Shown here piece after piece: positions 29,628 to 40,704 of a DNA stretch of 64,000 nucleotides (within the stretch, counting starts at the first letter, position 1; every line of letters begins with the position of its first letter). The stretch spans positions 12,186 to 76,185 of the forward strand of contig JBBIIG010000004.1 of the NCBI GenBank assembly GCA_037446635.1. The letters run 5' to 3'. This DNA comes from a bacterium (GTDB lineage Bacteria > Zhuqueibacterota > Zhuqueibacteria > Oceanimicrobiales > Oceanimicrobiaceae). The position numbers and the translations under genes were made by a program. The notes beneath the pieces are model-generated. The model saw only the letters and a program-made list of their open reading frames with translations, had not been told where the DNA came from and ran no database searches.

Positions 29628-30021
29628 TCCATTTGTCGAGATAAGAAATCACTTCTTTGGCAAACTCATCGGCGTATTTCAGAACCAGTTCAGCATCTTC
29701 CTTGGTTTTGGAGATTTCAAAGTCATAGTCCGCTTCGTGCCGTTCTTCAAAGGCTTCTTTAATTTTCGCCGCCAATTCTTGGGGCAAAATACCGGTGTTC
29801 GCAAAATGCTCTCCAAATGCCGCTATCACCGCAGAGTGTTTTTGACGAGACAAATCTTTTGTGGCCAGAACCGCTTTTCCCAAGTAGAACATCGCATAAT
29901 AAGCCCGTGAAATAGCCCCTTCGTAGAACCCTTGCTCAAATAGCAATTTGGCTTCACCGAAACTTTTCTCTGATTTCCGCCGCAGCTTTTCAATAAATGT
30001 CAGTCGATTTTGAACGGTCAC
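29602..30021 (-). CDS. HEPN-domain protein
   Basis: AISRAYYAMFY, KHSAVI, ERHEADY. Confidence 0.9.
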   Translation of the reverse strand: MTVQNRLTFIEKLRRKSEKSFGEAKLLFEQGFYEGAISRAYYAMFYLGKAVLATKDLSRQKHSAVIAAFGEHFANTGILPQELAAKIKEAFEERHEADYDFEISKTKEDAELVLKYADEFAKEVISYLDKWIEENRSNE

Positions 30022-30374
30022 AGCTCAATACCCTCTTTGCTGACATTTTCATAATAGTAAAAATACCGGTCTTCGGTAAAATTAGATAACTCGGCAGCAA
30101 AGGCAGTTATAACAACCGCATGCTTGTAGGAAATTTGGAATCCAATCTCGCGTAGTTTCTTCTTATCGCTGCTATGAAATGGCTCGAACAGCACCAAGAA
30201 ATCATAATCCGATTCTTCGTCGGCATCGCCGCGGGCGCGGGAGCCATAAAGGATGATGCGCTTCGCCCGCTCTTTGAACGTATCTCGCACCCGCGTTACG
30301 AATTCATCGATGATCTGCTGTTCTTTCGGATTCCATCTCTGCCCACTTTGAATTTTGATATTTGCACTTTTCAT
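30018..30374 (-). CDS. Minimal nucleotidyltransferase (MNT antitoxin)
   Basis: LYGSRARGDADEESDYDFLV. Confidence 0.9.
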   Translation of the reverse strand: MKSANIKIQSGQRWNPKEQQIIDEFVTRVRDTFKERAKRIILYGSRARGDADEESDYDFLVLFEPFHSSDKKKLREIGFQISYKHAVVITAFAAELSNFTEDRYFYYYENVSKEGIEL

Positions 30375-30380
30375 ATTGCA

Positions 30381-30455
30381 TGTCGGAGTGCCAAACTTCA
30401 GTTTGGCTTATTGAGCGTCAAGCTAATGTCAGGCTAAAGCTTGACACTCCGGACA
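30381..30455. repeat. REP-like doublet
   Basis: cggagtgccaaacttcagtttggc ... gtcaggctaaagcttgacactccg. Confidence 0.65.
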
Positions 30456-32006
30456 TCATAGCGGAATATTTCCGTGTTTCTTCTTGGGATTGGTATCCAC
30501 CTTCGTGTCTAAAATTTCCAATGAGCGGATCAGCTTCGGGCGCGTTTCCTGCGGCTCAATGATCTCGTCCACGTAGCCGCGCTCCGCCGCTATGTAGGGA
30601 TTGGCAAACTTCTCGCGATACTCGGCCACTTTCTGCTCCGTGGCTTTTTCCGGGTCCGCGGCGCGTTCGATCTCTTTTTTAAAAATGATCTCCACGGCTC
30701 CCTTCGGGCCCATCACCGCGATTTCCGCGGAGGGCCACGCGAAGTTGATGTCGCCGCGGATGTGTTTCGAACTCATGACGTCGTACGCGCCGCCGTAAGC
30801 CTTGCGAGTGATGACTGTAATTTTCGGGACTGTGGCCTCGCAGAACGCATACAGCAATTTCGCGCCGTGTTTGATGATGCCGCGCCATTCCTGATCCGTG
30901 CCGGGCAAAAATCCCGGCACATCCACGAACGTGATGATGGGAATATTGAAGGCGTCGCAAAATCGCACAAAACGCGCGCCTTTGATGGAAGAATCGATGT
31001 CCAGCACGCCGGCCAGCACCGCCGGCTGATTCGCCACGATGCCCACCGAGCGGCCATTGAGCCGCGCAAATCCCACCACTAAATTCTGGGCGTAGTTTTC
31101 GTGCACTTCAAAAAAATCGTGGTGATCGACCACGCGCGTGATGATTTCTTTGATGTCGTACGGTTTGTTGGGATTCTCCGGGACGATGGTCATCAACGCC
31201 TCGTCCATGCGGTTGACGTCGTCCGTACACTCCACGCGCGGGACGTCTTCTAAATTATTTTGCGGGATGAAGCTCACCAGCCGGCGAATTCCCTGTAAAC
31301 ATTCCACTTCATTTTCCGAAATAAAATGCGCCACGCCACTTTTGCCGGCGTGCGTCATCGCCCCGCCCAATTCTTCAAACGTCACTTCTTCATGGGTGAC
31401 GGTCTTCACCACCTCGGGACCGGTAACAAACATGAAACTGGTATTTTTCACCATAAAAATAAAATCGGTGATCGCGGGCGAATAAACCGCGCCGCCGGCG
31501 CACGGCCCCATGATGGCGGAAATTTGCGGGACCACGCCGGATGCGAGGGTATTTCGCAAAAAAATCTCCGCATAGGCCCCGAGGCTCACCACGCCCTCTT
31601 GAATGCGCGCGCCGCCGGAGTCATTGAGTCCAATCACCGGGGCGCCCACCTTCATAGCCATATCCATGATTTTGCAAATCTTCTTGCCGTACGCTTCGGA
31701 AAGCGAGCCGCCCAGGACGGTAAAATCCTGCGAGAACACAAACACCAGTCGGCCGTCGATGGTGCCGTGGCCGGTCACCACGCCGTCGCCATAAAAGCGC
31801 TGTTTATCCAGTCCAAAATCGCGGTACTGGTGGCGCACCAGCATATCCACTTCCTGAAAGCTGCCCTCGTCCAGCAACAAGTCGAGGCGTTCGCGGGCGG
31901 TGAGTTTGCCCTTTTGGTGTTGTGCCTCGATGCGCTTTTGGCCGCCACCCAACTGGGCTTCGGCTTTCTGTTGGCGAAGATGTTCTATTTTTGGAGGTAA
32001 TGCCAT
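30456..32006 (-). CDS. pccB: Propionyl-CoA carboxylase beta (carboxyltransferase)
   Basis: [41 protein letters not shown]. Confidence 0.95.
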   Translation of the reverse strand: MALPPKIEHLRQQKAEAQLGGGQKRIEAQHQKGKLTARERLDLLLDEGSFQEVDMLVRHQYRDFGLDKQRFYGDGVVTGHGTIDGRLVFVFSQDFTVLGGSLSEAYGKKICKIMDMAMKVGAPVIGLNDSGGARIQEGVVSLGAYAEIFLRNTLASGVVPQISAIMGPCAGGAVYSPAITDFIFMVKNTSFMFVTGPEVVKTVTHEEVTFEELGGAMTHAGKSGVAHFISENEVECLQGIRRLVSFIPQNNLEDVPRVECTDDVNRMDEALMTIVPENPNKPYDIKEIITRVVDHHDFFEVHENYAQNLVVGFARLNGRSVGIVANQPAVLAGVLDIDSSIKGARFVRFCDAFNIPIITFVDVPGFLPGTDQEWRGIIKHGAKLLYAFCEATVPKITVITRKAYGGAYDVMSSKHIRGDINFAWPSAEIAVMGPKGAVEIIFKKEIERAADPEKATEQKVAEYREKFANPYIAAERGYVDEIIEPQETRPKLIRSLEILDTKVDTNPKKKHGNIPL

Positions 32007-32178
32007 TTGTTTATTAGGCGCAGGCGCCCGCACCGGTCGGTTTCAAAGTGCAAAATAATAAACAAACCAAACTCAAAAAGCAATAGCTTTTTCAGAGCCG
32101 AACTTGTGCAGTGGAATATTTTTATTGAGTTTTTGGCAACTTTCTCTAACTTGTCAACCTGACCCGGAGGAGATAAAG

Positions 32179-33438
32179 ATGAGATCTCATTTCGTACTGA
32201 TAGCCGCACTCGCCGTGTTGCTCGCGCCCGAAACAACGCTAGCACAACCGGATGAGTTGGGTTTATGGCTCAGCCGGGCGCCGCTGCCTACGCCGCGACA
32301 GGAGATGCCCCAGGTGTTTTTGAACAACCGAATTTATATTCCCGGCGGGTTACTCCAAAACACGCTGGCGACCACCATTGTTGAAGTGTTCGAGCCTGCT
32401 GCCAATCGCTGGACAGCCGCCGCGAATTTGCCGGCGGCCATGCACCATCTCCATCTCACCACGGCTAACCTGCGTCTTTATGTTTTGGGTGGATTTGAAG
32501 GATCGGGTTTCACGCCCTCCAATCTCGTGTTTGAATACAATCCTAGCAATAACGAGTGGACACAACTGGCCACCATGCCGACGCCCCGCGGCGCCGGCGT
32601 CGCCGCGGCACTGGATGGCAAAATTTTTGTGATTGGCGGAGTCAGTTCATTTCAATTAGCCGTCGGAACGAATGAAATGTTCGATCCGGTTGCCAACACA
32701 TGGAACTCGCGTCGTGCCATGCCGACCCGGCGCGAACATCTCGCCGCCGCGGTGATCGATTCTCTCATTTATGTCGTCGGCGGCCGGGAATTCGGAGTGA
32801 ACAAAAATACCTTAGAGGCTTATTCGCCCCGAAGCGATACCTGGTACACGCTGGCACCGATGCCCACCGCGCGCGGCGGACTGGCGGCAGCCGCGCTGCA
32901 CGGAAGGCTTTACGTCTTCGGCGGCGAGTTTTTTGATTCCGGCGGCTCCGGTGTCTTTGCAGAAGTAGAAGAATATAATCCCGTCACCAATACTTGGCGA
33001 GAATTGACTCCCATGCCGGTTCCGCGCCACGGCATGGGCGCCGCTGCCGTAGGCGATTCGATCTTTGTCATCGGCGGCGGACCAGTTGCGGGCTTCGGAG
33101 TTTCCAATGTCAACTCCCTGTTTGTGCCGCCGGCCATTCCCAGCGCTGTGATTGACGCGCCGCAACGACCGGAACCGTTCATACTTCTGCAAAATTATCC
33201 CAACCCGTTTAATCCGGCAACCACCATCCGCATTACACTCGCCCATGAAAGCGAAGTGGTACTTAACATTTTTGACGTTACCGGACGCGTCGTGACCACC
33301 CTGCTCTCGCAAAAAATGCCAAAAGGGGAGCACTCCGTTGAGTGGAATGCACACCCGCAAGCGAGCGGCGTGTACGTGGGCACGCTTTGGGCAGGCAGCC
33401 GGCTCATCGCCACCAGAAAAATGCTGCTGTTGCGATGA
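32179..33438 (+). CDS. Secreted Kelch-repeat protein with a C-terminal sorting domain
   Basis: Six MPTPR...YVxGG Kelch repeats; QNYPNPFNP tail; GGAGG RBS. Confidence 0.9.
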   Translation: MRSHFVLIAALAVLLAPETTLAQPDELGLWLSRAPLPTPRQEMPQVFLNNRIYIPGGLLQNTLATTIVEVFEPAANRWTAAANLPAAMHHLHLTTANLRLYVLGGFEGSGFTPSNLVFEYNPSNNEWTQLATMPTPRGAGVAAALDGKIFVIGGVSSFQLAVGTNEMFDPVANTWNSRRAMPTRREHLAAAVIDSLIYVVGGREFGVNKNTLEAYSPRSDTWYTLAPMPTARGGLAAAALHGRLYVFGGEFFDSGGSGVFAEVEEYNPVTNTWRELTPMPVPRHGMGAAAVGDSIFVIGGGPVAGFGVSNVNSLFVPPAIPSAVIDAPQRPEPFILLQNYPNPFNPATTIRITLAHESEVVLNIFDVTGRVVTTLLSQKMPKGEHSVEWNAHPQASGVYVGTLWAGSRLIATRKMLLLR

Positions 33439-33570
33439 ACCGCTGCCAGGTTTTCGCTTTAGAAAAATCTTGCCTTTCAAACCCAATCGAGCTATAATTA
33501 CAGCCGATAGACGCTTTGTTAACCTTACCCGGGGGATCAAATCAATTTTGTCTCAAGGGAGGAATAAAAC

Positions 33571-33930
33571 ATGGCCAAGCAATTCACGCAAATCGTGGGG
33601 GTAGCACTCCTTGTTGTGGGTATTCTTGGTTTTCTCATGCCGGGTATCGGTTCACTGTTAACCTTTCACGCCCATCATAATCTCATTCACATCGTTTCCG
33701 GCGCAGTTCTGGCCTATCTTGGCTTCAAGGGCTCGGCCAACAGTCAGCGCCTGGGGGCACAAGTGTTTGGTGTCGTCTATGGTTTAGTCACCTTGTGGGG
33801 ATTTATGGGTAATCAAAACTTAGGGCCGCTTACCTTGCATCTCAATATGACTTACAATCTCATCCACCTCGTAATAACTGCGTGGGGATTGTGGGCTGGT
33901 TTCGGAAAAAAACCGGCAGCGGCCAGTTAA
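33571..33930 (+). CDS. DUF4383-like membrane protein
   Basis: LLVVGILGF, HNLIHIVSG, NLIHL. Confidence 0.8.
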   Translation: MAKQFTQIVGVALLVVGILGFLMPGIGSLLTFHAHHNLIHIVSGAVLAYLGFKGSANSQRLGAQVFGVVYGLVTLWGFMGNQNLGPLTLHLNMTYNLIHLVITAWGLWAGFGKKPAAAS

Positions 33931-33989
33931 CGATTTCCAAAGAAATAAACCACGCGCTCCCCGGGTGAGGGCAGTCGCCAGGCGTCTAC

Positions 33990-34027
33990 CGCCGGTCCCG
34001 TATAGTCGGGATCGGCGTTTTGTTTTC
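33990..34027 (+). terminator. Intrinsic terminator
   Basis: cgccggtcccg-tatagt-cgggatcggcg-ttttgtttt. Confidence 0.7.
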
Positions 34028-34147
34028 GGATGGCTACAAGCCAGTTCTGCAAGTTTGTGCTTGCTATTTTTTCTTCATTCGTTTAATTTCGACCGAACTT
34101 TCCATAAATCATTCTTCCGCATCATTATTAAAGCGAGGTTTGATCGC

Positions 34148-34534
34148 ATGTCAGAATCAAGTGAACTTCAGGCGCGCAACTGGGGCATCTTCTGTCATTT
34201 GTCCGCATTGGCCTTATGGGTGGGCGTGCCATTTGGCAATATCGTAATTCCACTTTTGATTTGGTTGATCAAAAAAGATGAAATGCCACTAGTTAATGCC
34301 GAGGGCAAAGAATCGCTTAATTTTCAAATTTCGATATCGATTTATGCACTCATCATCAGTATCGTAGGGATAGCGACCATTTTCATCGAGTATGAAAGTG
34401 AATTTCTGTGGCCTTTCGCCTTGTTGCTGTTTGTGCTCGCACTTTCACAAATCGTGCTCGTCATCATTGCCGCCGTCAAAGTAAGCCGCGGCACGCCATT
34501 CAAATACCCGCTGACGATGCGCTTCATTAAATGA
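34148..34534 (+). CDS. DUF4870-like membrane protein
   Basis: WGIFCHLS, PLLIWLIKKD, GKESLNFQIS, YPLTMRFIK. Confidence 0.85.
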   Translation: MSESSELQARNWGIFCHLSALALWVGVPFGNIVIPLLIWLIKKDEMPLVNAEGKESLNFQISISIYALIISIVGIATIFIEYESEFLWPFALLLFVLALSQIVLVIIAAVKVSRGTPFKYPLTMRFIK

Positions 34535-35319
34535 AAATAACTAATAAGATCGCTCTAATTACCGGCGCCGCGCGCGGTATTGGGCAAGCCATTGCGCAGG
34601 AACTAGCGCAAGCCGGCGCGCACATCATTGGTGTGGATTTACGCGCGGAAGACCTGCAGGAAACAGCCGCGCTGGTGCAAAGCTGCGGACGCGATTTTTC
34701 GTCACTTGCCTGCAACGTTGCCGATGAAAACGCCATCCGCCAACTGCTGGCAAATTTAATGCAGAGCGGCGGCTTCGATATTCTTATTAACAACGCTGGC
34801 GTGTTGCCCAGCGGGCCGTTTGCCGAACGCAAGTTTGACGATTGGCGCAAGGTGATCGACATCAACCTCACCGGGCTCATGTCGCTCACCCACGCGGCGC
34901 TGCCCATTTTAAAATCGCGCGGCGAGGCACACATCGTAAACATGGCCAGCGTGGCCGGGAAATTCGGCACCGAGGGCGTGGCGGCGTATGCGGCGTCCAA
35001 GCACGGTGTGGTGGGATTTAGCTCGGCGCTGCGGTTCGAGCTGGCGAAGTTCAACATCGGCGTCAGTTGGATTTGTCCCAGCATGGTAAACACCCGCATG
35101 GCCGCCGGTGTGCCACCCAATTTTTTCACGCCGTTGATGCAGCCCGCGGACGTGGCGCGCGCCGTACGCCGAGCCATCGAATCCAACGCCGCAGAAGTGT
35201 ACGCCCCGCGAAGAATGGGATTTCTGGTTTCGATTATGCCGAGTCTGCTGCCGGGTTTTTCGCGCTGGCTCTCGTGGCACGGCAAGGCTTCGCGCGGATG
35301 GCTTACCCGTGAAACGTAA
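34531..35319 (+). CDS. Short-chain dehydrogenase/reductase
   Basis: TGAARGIG, NNAG, YAASK. Confidence 0.92.
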   Translation: MKITNKIALITGAARGIGQAIAQELAQAGAHIIGVDLRAEDLQETAALVQSCGRDFSSLACNVADENAIRQLLANLMQSGGFDILINNAGVLPSGPFAERKFDDWRKVIDINLTGLMSLTHAALPILKSRGEAHIVNMASVAGKFGTEGVAAYAASKHGVVGFSSALRFELAKFNIGVSWICPSMVNTRMAAGVPPNFFTPLMQPADVARAVRRAIESNAAEVYAPRRMGFLVSIMPSLLPGFSRWLSWHGKASRGWLTRET

Positions 35320-35353
35320 GAACGCGGGAGAGCTTTCGAGCTAAGATAAGAAA

Positions 35354-36649
35354 ATGACTGAGCGAATCGACAAATACTGCATCGTCGGCGCCGGATCGTC
35401 CGGACTGGCGGCGGCCAAAAACCTGAAGGCGCTTGATATCCCTTTCGATGTTTTAGAAAGGGAAGACGACGTCGGCGGCTTGTGGAATTTCGGCAAACCC
35501 TTCAGCGCCGTCTATCGTTCAACTCATCTGATATCATCGAAGCCGCTCACCGAATACACGGACTTCCCCATACCAGCCGAGTATCCGGATTATCCCAACC
35601 ATTGGCAGGTTTTGGAATACCTGCGGAATTATGCGCGGGCGTTTGATCTTTATCCCCACATTCAATTCAAAACCGTAGTGGAGGAAATACATCCCGCCGA
35701 GAATTTTTGGGAAGTGACGCTCAACAGCGGCGAAACGAGGCGCTACCGCGGGGTCATCATTGCCAATGGCCATTTGTGGGATCCAAAATTTCCGGACTAT
35801 CCCGGCCGCTTCGATGGCGTCGCCCTGCACTCTAAAAATTACAAAACCCCGGAGGTGCTGCGAGACAAGCGCGTACTCGTGGTTGGCGCCGGCAACTCTG
35901 GCTGCGACATCGCGGTGGAGTCGGCGCAAAACGCCGCGCGCACGTTCCACAGTGTGCGGCGAGGTTATTACTACATTCCTAAATATCTCTTCGGGAAACC
36001 GGCGGATCAAATTGGTGAAGTTGCGCTGAAACTGCGGCTGCCGGTTTCCGTGCGCCGCGCCATCAACGGCGCGCTGCTGCGGCTGCTGCACGGCCAGCCG
36101 GAAAATTTCGGCCTGCCCAAGCCGGATCATAAATTATTTGAAACCCATCCCATCATCAATTCGCAGATTTTTTATTATCTCGGCCACGGCGACATCATCC
36201 AGAAGCCGGACGTAGCAGAACTGCGCTGTAAGCGCGTGCGCTTCAAAGAGGTCAGGGAAGAGCAGATCGACGTCATCATCTACGCCACCGGCTTTAACAT
36301 CACAATTCCATTTCTCGACAAAGCCCACTTGAACTGGCGCAACGGCCACCCGGCGTTTTATTTGAACGTGTTTCATCCGCAATATGATAATTTGTTTTTG
36401 GCAGGATTCATTCAGCCGGACAGCGGCCAGTGGGGGCTGGTGGATTATCAAACGCAGCTCATCGCCAAATTCATTCGCGCGCAAACTCACGCGCCGCAGA
36501 AGGCCGCGGCGTTTCGAAAATTGAAGGCGGGGCCGCTGCCCTATCTCGGCGGCCGGATTCGATATGTCAATTCCACGAGGCATTATTTGGAGGTGGAGCA
36601 TTTCAGCTACCGGCAGCGGCTCAAGAAACTGGCCAAAAAGCTCGCTTAG
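35354..36649 (+). CDS. Flavin-containing monooxygenase (FMO-like)
   Basis: GAGSSG, FDGVALHSKNY, GAGNSG, YATG. Confidence 0.92.
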   Translation: MTERIDKYCIVGAGSSGLAAAKNLKALDIPFDVLEREDDVGGLWNFGKPFSAVYRSTHLISSKPLTEYTDFPIPAEYPDYPNHWQVLEYLRNYARAFDLYPHIQFKTVVEEIHPAENFWEVTLNSGETRRYRGVIIANGHLWDPKFPDYPGRFDGVALHSKNYKTPEVLRDKRVLVVGAGNSGCDIAVESAQNAARTFHSVRRGYYYIPKYLFGKPADQIGEVALKLRLPVSVRRAINGALLRLLHGQPENFGLPKPDHKLFETHPIINSQIFYYLGHGDIIQKPDVAELRCKRVRFKEVREEQIDVIIYATGFNITIPFLDKAHLNWRNGHPAFYLNVFHPQYDNLFLAGFIQPDSGQWGLVDYQTQLIAKFIRAQTHAPQKAAAFRKLKAGPLPYLGGRIRYVNSTRHYLEVEHFSYRQRLKKLAKKLA

Positions 36650-36723
36650 ATTTATTCTTGCTTCTACTTTTTTTCGCGAGTCAGAAACTTTGATTATTGT
36701 AAACCCAATTTACAAAGGAGCAT

Positions 36724-36752
36724 GTAGGGAACGCATAGTATGCGTTCCCTAC
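36724..36752. repeat. GTAG-type REP palindrome
   Basis: gtagggaacgcata-g-tatgcgttccctac. Confidence 0.75.
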
Positions 36753-36806
36753 GTAAGTTAAGAACCCCCTGATTTGCTTTAGTTTGAAAATATTTTGCGC
36801 CATACA

Positions 36807-36838
36807 AAAAGCCGCCGGCTCTTGGTCCAGCGGCTTTT
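36807..36838. terminator. Bidirectional terminator-like hairpin
   Basis: aaaagccgc...gcggctttt. Confidence 0.55.
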
Positions 36839-36913
36839 CTGTTTAAAAAAAATTGGGATGGGAACGGGACTCAAATCCTGTTTGATATTTTGATAGATAG
36901 CGGGAACGACGCC

Positions 36914-39511
36914 ATGATCGGTGACACCATTTCACATTACAAAATCGAAGAAAAGTTAGGCGCCGGCGGGATGGGCGTGGTGTACAAAGCCCGCGATGTT
37001 CTGCTGGATCGCTTCGTGGCGCTCAAGTTTTTGCCGGCCCAAGTTGGCGGCAACGGCGAAGAAAAGCAGCGTTTCATTCTGGAGGCCAAAACCGCGTCGT
37101 CCCTCGACCACACCAACATCTGCACCATTTACGAAATCGACCAAACAGTTGATGGCCAGATGTTCATCGCCATGGCCTACTACGACGGCGAAACGCTGAA
37201 AGAAAAAATCGCGCGCGGGGTGCTCACCACCAACGCCGCCATCGACCTCGCCATGCAAATCGCGCAGGGGCTCGCCCGCGCCCACAAAGCCGGCATCATT
37301 CACCGCGATATTAAACCGGAGAACATCATCGTCACCAAAGAGGGCGCGGCCAAGATTGTGGATTTCGGATTGGCGAAACTGGCGTCCTCAACTAAAATCA
37401 CCGAAAGCGATACCACGATGGGCACCCTCGCCTACATGTCCCCCGAACTTTTACACGGCGAGAACAGCGACCATCGCGCTGACATCTGGTCGCTGGGCGT
37501 GGTGCTGTATGAAATGCTCACCGGCCGCCTGCCCTTTCATGGCGAGCCGAACGCCGCCATGTCGTTGGCCTACGCGATTCTGAACCATGAGCCGGAGCCG
37601 CTGGCGCGCTATAAAGCCGGCCTCTCGGCGGAGATGCAGCGCATCATGGATAAAGCGCTGGACAAAGATCCCGAGACCCGTTTCCAAAGCGCTGATGAAT
37701 TTTTAGCAGATTTAAAACGCGAACGCAAAACCACCTCGCAAAAAATCAATCTCATCCCCTCTGTTCCAAAAATCAAAAAGCGGACAAAATTATCCTGGCT
37801 GCTGGCGCTGCCGGCGGCCGTGCTCGCCGCCTGGGCCGTTTATCAATTCAGTACGAAACCGGTTCCGCCCGATCCCGCGATGCACAAGCAGGTGACGTTT
37901 GTGGGCGACGCCGCCCTGCCGGCCATTTCTCCCGACGGCCAGTTTATCGCCTACGTGGTGGGCAAAAGCGGCGAGCAACGGGTGATGGTGCAAGACCTGC
38001 TGAGCGGCAAAGTTTTGGAGGTGTACCCGGCAACCACCCGCATCGGCTCGCTGCTGTGGTCCTCGGATGGAGCCGAGCTGATGTTTTGGATTATGGCAGT
38101 GGATTCGATTTTTAAAACGGTCATCGTGCCGCGATTGGGCGGCCCGGCGCGCACCTTGATGGCTGCCGGCGACCTGAGTTGGTCGCCGGATCGCCGCCGC
38201 ATCGCCAGTCTCAATTGGTACACCAAAAAAATTTTCCTGACCACCGTTGGCACCGAGCACACCTCTGCCATTGATGTTGCTGGCGATTTCATCTGGATGC
38301 ATGAACTCGAATGGTCGCCGGCTGGCGATCGCCTGCTGTTTCTCACCGAGGACGGGGACGGCCAGTACACCATTTGGACGATCAAAGTCGATGGTAGCCA
38401 GCAGCAGCCGGTCATCAGCGACAGCGTGATGCTGCCGTCGCCGCGCTGGTCCGCGGCCAGCGACGCCATTTACTTTCTGCGCTGGAACGGACAAACCAAA
38501 GATTTGATGAAAATCAACATTGACCGCGCCAGCGGCAAAGCCGTCCGCGGCCCGCGGGTGCTGCACAGCGGCTTGCAGGCCGGCAACTACTTCACGATCT
38601 CCAAAGACAATCGCCGCATGTTATACACCCGGGAATCGATGGCGTCAAACCTTTGGCTGGTTCAGCTTGATCGTTCGCAAAAAACGACTTCTTTAAAAAC
38701 CACCAAGCTCACCACCAGCACCTCGAGTCTGGGGCCAGCGCGTATTTCTCCGGATGGCCAATGGCTGGCGTTCAGCATGGGCGACCCTTCGGTGAGCAAC
38801 CTTTTTGTGATACCCTTGGCCGGCGGCGCGGCGCAGCAGCTCACGTTTCTCAGCTCATTTAACACCAGTGCGGTGTGGAGTCCGGATGGAAATGAGATCG
38901 CCTTTGGCTCCAATCAAAATGGCAAATTTCGAGTTTGGAAAATTCCGGCGCGGGGCGGCACGCCGCAGCCGTTTGCTCAAAGCGAGTTAAGCTCGAACTC
39001 CATTGGACTCAGTTGGGCGCCGGGAAAACATATTTTGTACCAACGTCCGGGAAACCGCAATTTCCACTTCATCAATCCCCAAACCGGCGAGGAGACGCCG
39101 CTGCTCCGCCACCCCGAACTGGGCTGGACGTTTATCCCCCGCTACTCGCCCGACGGCTCGCAAGTGGTGCTGTTTTGGAATCGCAAAGGCACGCGCGAAG
39201 ACGGCTTGTGGGTGCTGTCGCTGGCGGACTCTTCACAAACTCTGATTTACCGCGGCAGCCTTCTGCCAATCGAATGGTCGGCTGATGGCCGGTGGATCTT
39301 TGCGTGGGACCCCAACCACAAGCCTTTTGAAATCCGCATGATTCCCGTTCACGGCGGCCCGGCCAAAACCCTCGTGACGCTGCCGTTCGAAAACATCTCC
39401 CCAGACAACGGCATCGCCATGACCCCGAACAGCCGCCAGATCGTCTGCACGGTCGTGGCCAGCCAATCTGACATTTGGGTGATGGAAACATTTGATCCGG
39501 AAATAAAATAG
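36914..39511 (+). CDS. Ser/Thr protein kinase with a TM segment and TolB-like beta-propellers
   Basis: LGAGGMG, VALK, HRDIKPEN, DFG; multiple SPDG repeats. Confidence 0.93.
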   Translation: MIGDTISHYKIEEKLGAGGMGVVYKARDVLLDRFVALKFLPAQVGGNGEEKQRFILEAKTASSLDHTNICTIYEIDQTVDGQMFIAMAYYDGETLKEKIARGVLTTNAAIDLAMQIAQGLARAHKAGIIHRDIKPENIIVTKEGAAKIVDFGLAKLASSTKITESDTTMGTLAYMSPELLHGENSDHRADIWSLGVVLYEMLTGRLPFHGEPNAAMSLAYAILNHEPEPLARYKAGLSAEMQRIMDKALDKDPETRFQSADEFLADLKRERKTTSQKINLIPSVPKIKKRTKLSWLLALPAAVLAAWAVYQFSTKPVPPDPAMHKQVTFVGDAALPAISPDGQFIAYVVGKSGEQRVMVQDLLSGKVLEVYPATTRIGSLLWSSDGAELMFWIMAVDSIFKTVIVPRLGGPARTLMAAGDLSWSPDRRRIASLNWYTKKIFLTTVGTEHTSAIDVAGDFIWMHELEWSPAGDRLLFLTEDGDGQYTIWTIKVDGSQQQPVISDSVMLPSPRWSAASDAIYFLRWNGQTKDLMKINIDRASGKAVRGPRVLHSGLQAGNYFTISKDNRRMLYTRESMASNLWLVQLDRSQKTTSLKTTKLTTSTSSLGPARISPDGQWLAFSMGDPSVSNLFVIPLAGGAAQQLTFLSSFNTSAVWSPDGNEIAFGSNQNGKFRVWKIPARGGTPQPFAQSELSSNSIGLSWAPGKHILYQRPGNRNFHFINPQTGEETPLLRHPELGWTFIPRYSPDGSQVVLFWNRKGTREDGLWVLSLADSSQTLIYRGSLLPIEWSADGRWIFAWDPNHKPFEIRMIPVHGGPAKTLVTLPFENISPDNGIAMTPNSRQIVCTVVASQSDIWVMETFDPEIK

Positions 39512-39552
39512 TTTATATTACTCTCCGCAAAACCTGCCGTTTTTAACAAAGC

Positions 39553-39656
39553 TGTCATCGCGAGCGTTTTTTGCGAAGTGATCTGGTGATTTTGAGCGTG
39601 GAGACTGCTTCGGCAAACAACGGCCCGCGCAGTGACATTGGCTTTTTAAACAGCCC
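39553..39656. repeat. GTCA...TGAC palindromic element with a TIR-like right end
   Basis: tgtcatcgcgagcg...gcgaagtgatct...gagactgcttcg...cgcagtgaca, followed by tttttaaacagccc. Confidence 0.65.
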
Positions 39657-39690
39657 CCTACGTACAAATCTTATTCGAGGAGGGAAAGCG

Positions 39691-40704
39691 ATGAACTCAA
39701 AAAAAATTTTTGTTTCTGCGCTTATCTTGCTGATGGTGGTCATCTTTGGCATCATCATTTCTTCGCGCTATGAAAACGTCAGCGGCTCCACCACGCCGGA
39801 GCCGAAATATTTTCTCACCGCCGATCAAAGCCACAACAAATTCAGCGCTAGCATTCCGCCAGTGTTGACCGTGCCATCGGGCGCGGTGATTGAAGTGCAC
39901 ACCGAAGAAGCCACCGACGGCCAACTCAACATCAACTCCACTTCCGCCGATGTGCCGAATGTCAAATTCGATCCCATTCACCCACTCACCGGCCCGGTAT
40001 TTGTGGAGGGCGCCGAACCCGGCGACGTGCTGGCGGTGAAGCTTCATAAAATTGAAATTGGCGATTGGGGCTGGGCCGGCATTTTTCCCGGCTTCGGATT
40101 TTTGGCGGAGGAATTCAGCGAGCCGCTTTTGAAAACCTTCAAACTCGGCAAAGACGCCGCCGTGGCGCATTTCAATGACAAAATCAAAATTCCACTGAAG
40201 CCGTTTGCCGGCGTGATGGGCGTGGCGCCGGCCACTGACTCCCTCCTCTCCACCATTCCGCCGCGCGCCAACGGCGGCAACATGGATGATCCCAATCTCG
40301 TGGAAGGCACCACGGTTTACTTCCCGGTGTTTGTCAAAGGCGCGCTGTTTTCCATCGGCGACACCCACGCCGCTCAGGGACTCGGCGAAGTGTGCGGCAC
40401 CGCCATCGAAGCGCCGATGCGCATTGTTTATCAGGTGGACGTCATCAAAAATAAAAAGATGGCCGAGCCGCAGTACGAAACCGCCGACTACTACGCGGTG
40501 ACCGGCTTCGCCACCACCATCGATGAAGCCGCGAAAAAAGCCACGCGCTACATGATCGATTACCTCGTCAATGAGCACGGTCTCACGCGCAACGAGGCCT
40601 ACGTTCTCTGCTCACTGGCGGCCGATCTGAAAATCGCGGAGGTGGTGGATGTGCCGCACGTGCTGGTGACGATGCACATCTCGAAGAAGGTGCTGGGAAT
40701 GTAA
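39691..40704 (+). CDS. Acetamidase/formamidase family protein
   Basis: HPLTGP, GAEPGD, GGNMD, GDTHAAQG.GEV. Confidence 0.9.
   Translation: MNSKKIFVSALILLMVVIFGIIISSRYENVSGSTTPEPKYFLTADQSHNKFSASIPPVLTVPSGAVIEVHTEEATDGQLNINSTSADVPNVKFDPIHPLTGPVFVEGAEPGDVLAVKLHKIEIGDWGWAGIFPGFGFLAEEFSEPLLKTFKLGKDAAVAHFNDKIKIPLKPFAGVMGVAPATDSLLSTIPPRANGGNMDDPNLVEGTTVYFPVFVKGALFSIGDTHAAQGLGEVCGTAIEAPMRIVYQVDVIKNKKMAEPQYETADYYAVTGFATTIDEAAKKATRYMIDYLVNEHGLTRNEAYVLCSLAADLKIAEVVDVPHVLVTMHISKKVLGM

Noticed and set aside
33940..34027. Possible riboswitch or ncRNA after the DUF4383-like gene
   Set aside because: Only a terminator hairpin is supportable; no known aptamer consensus was recognised.
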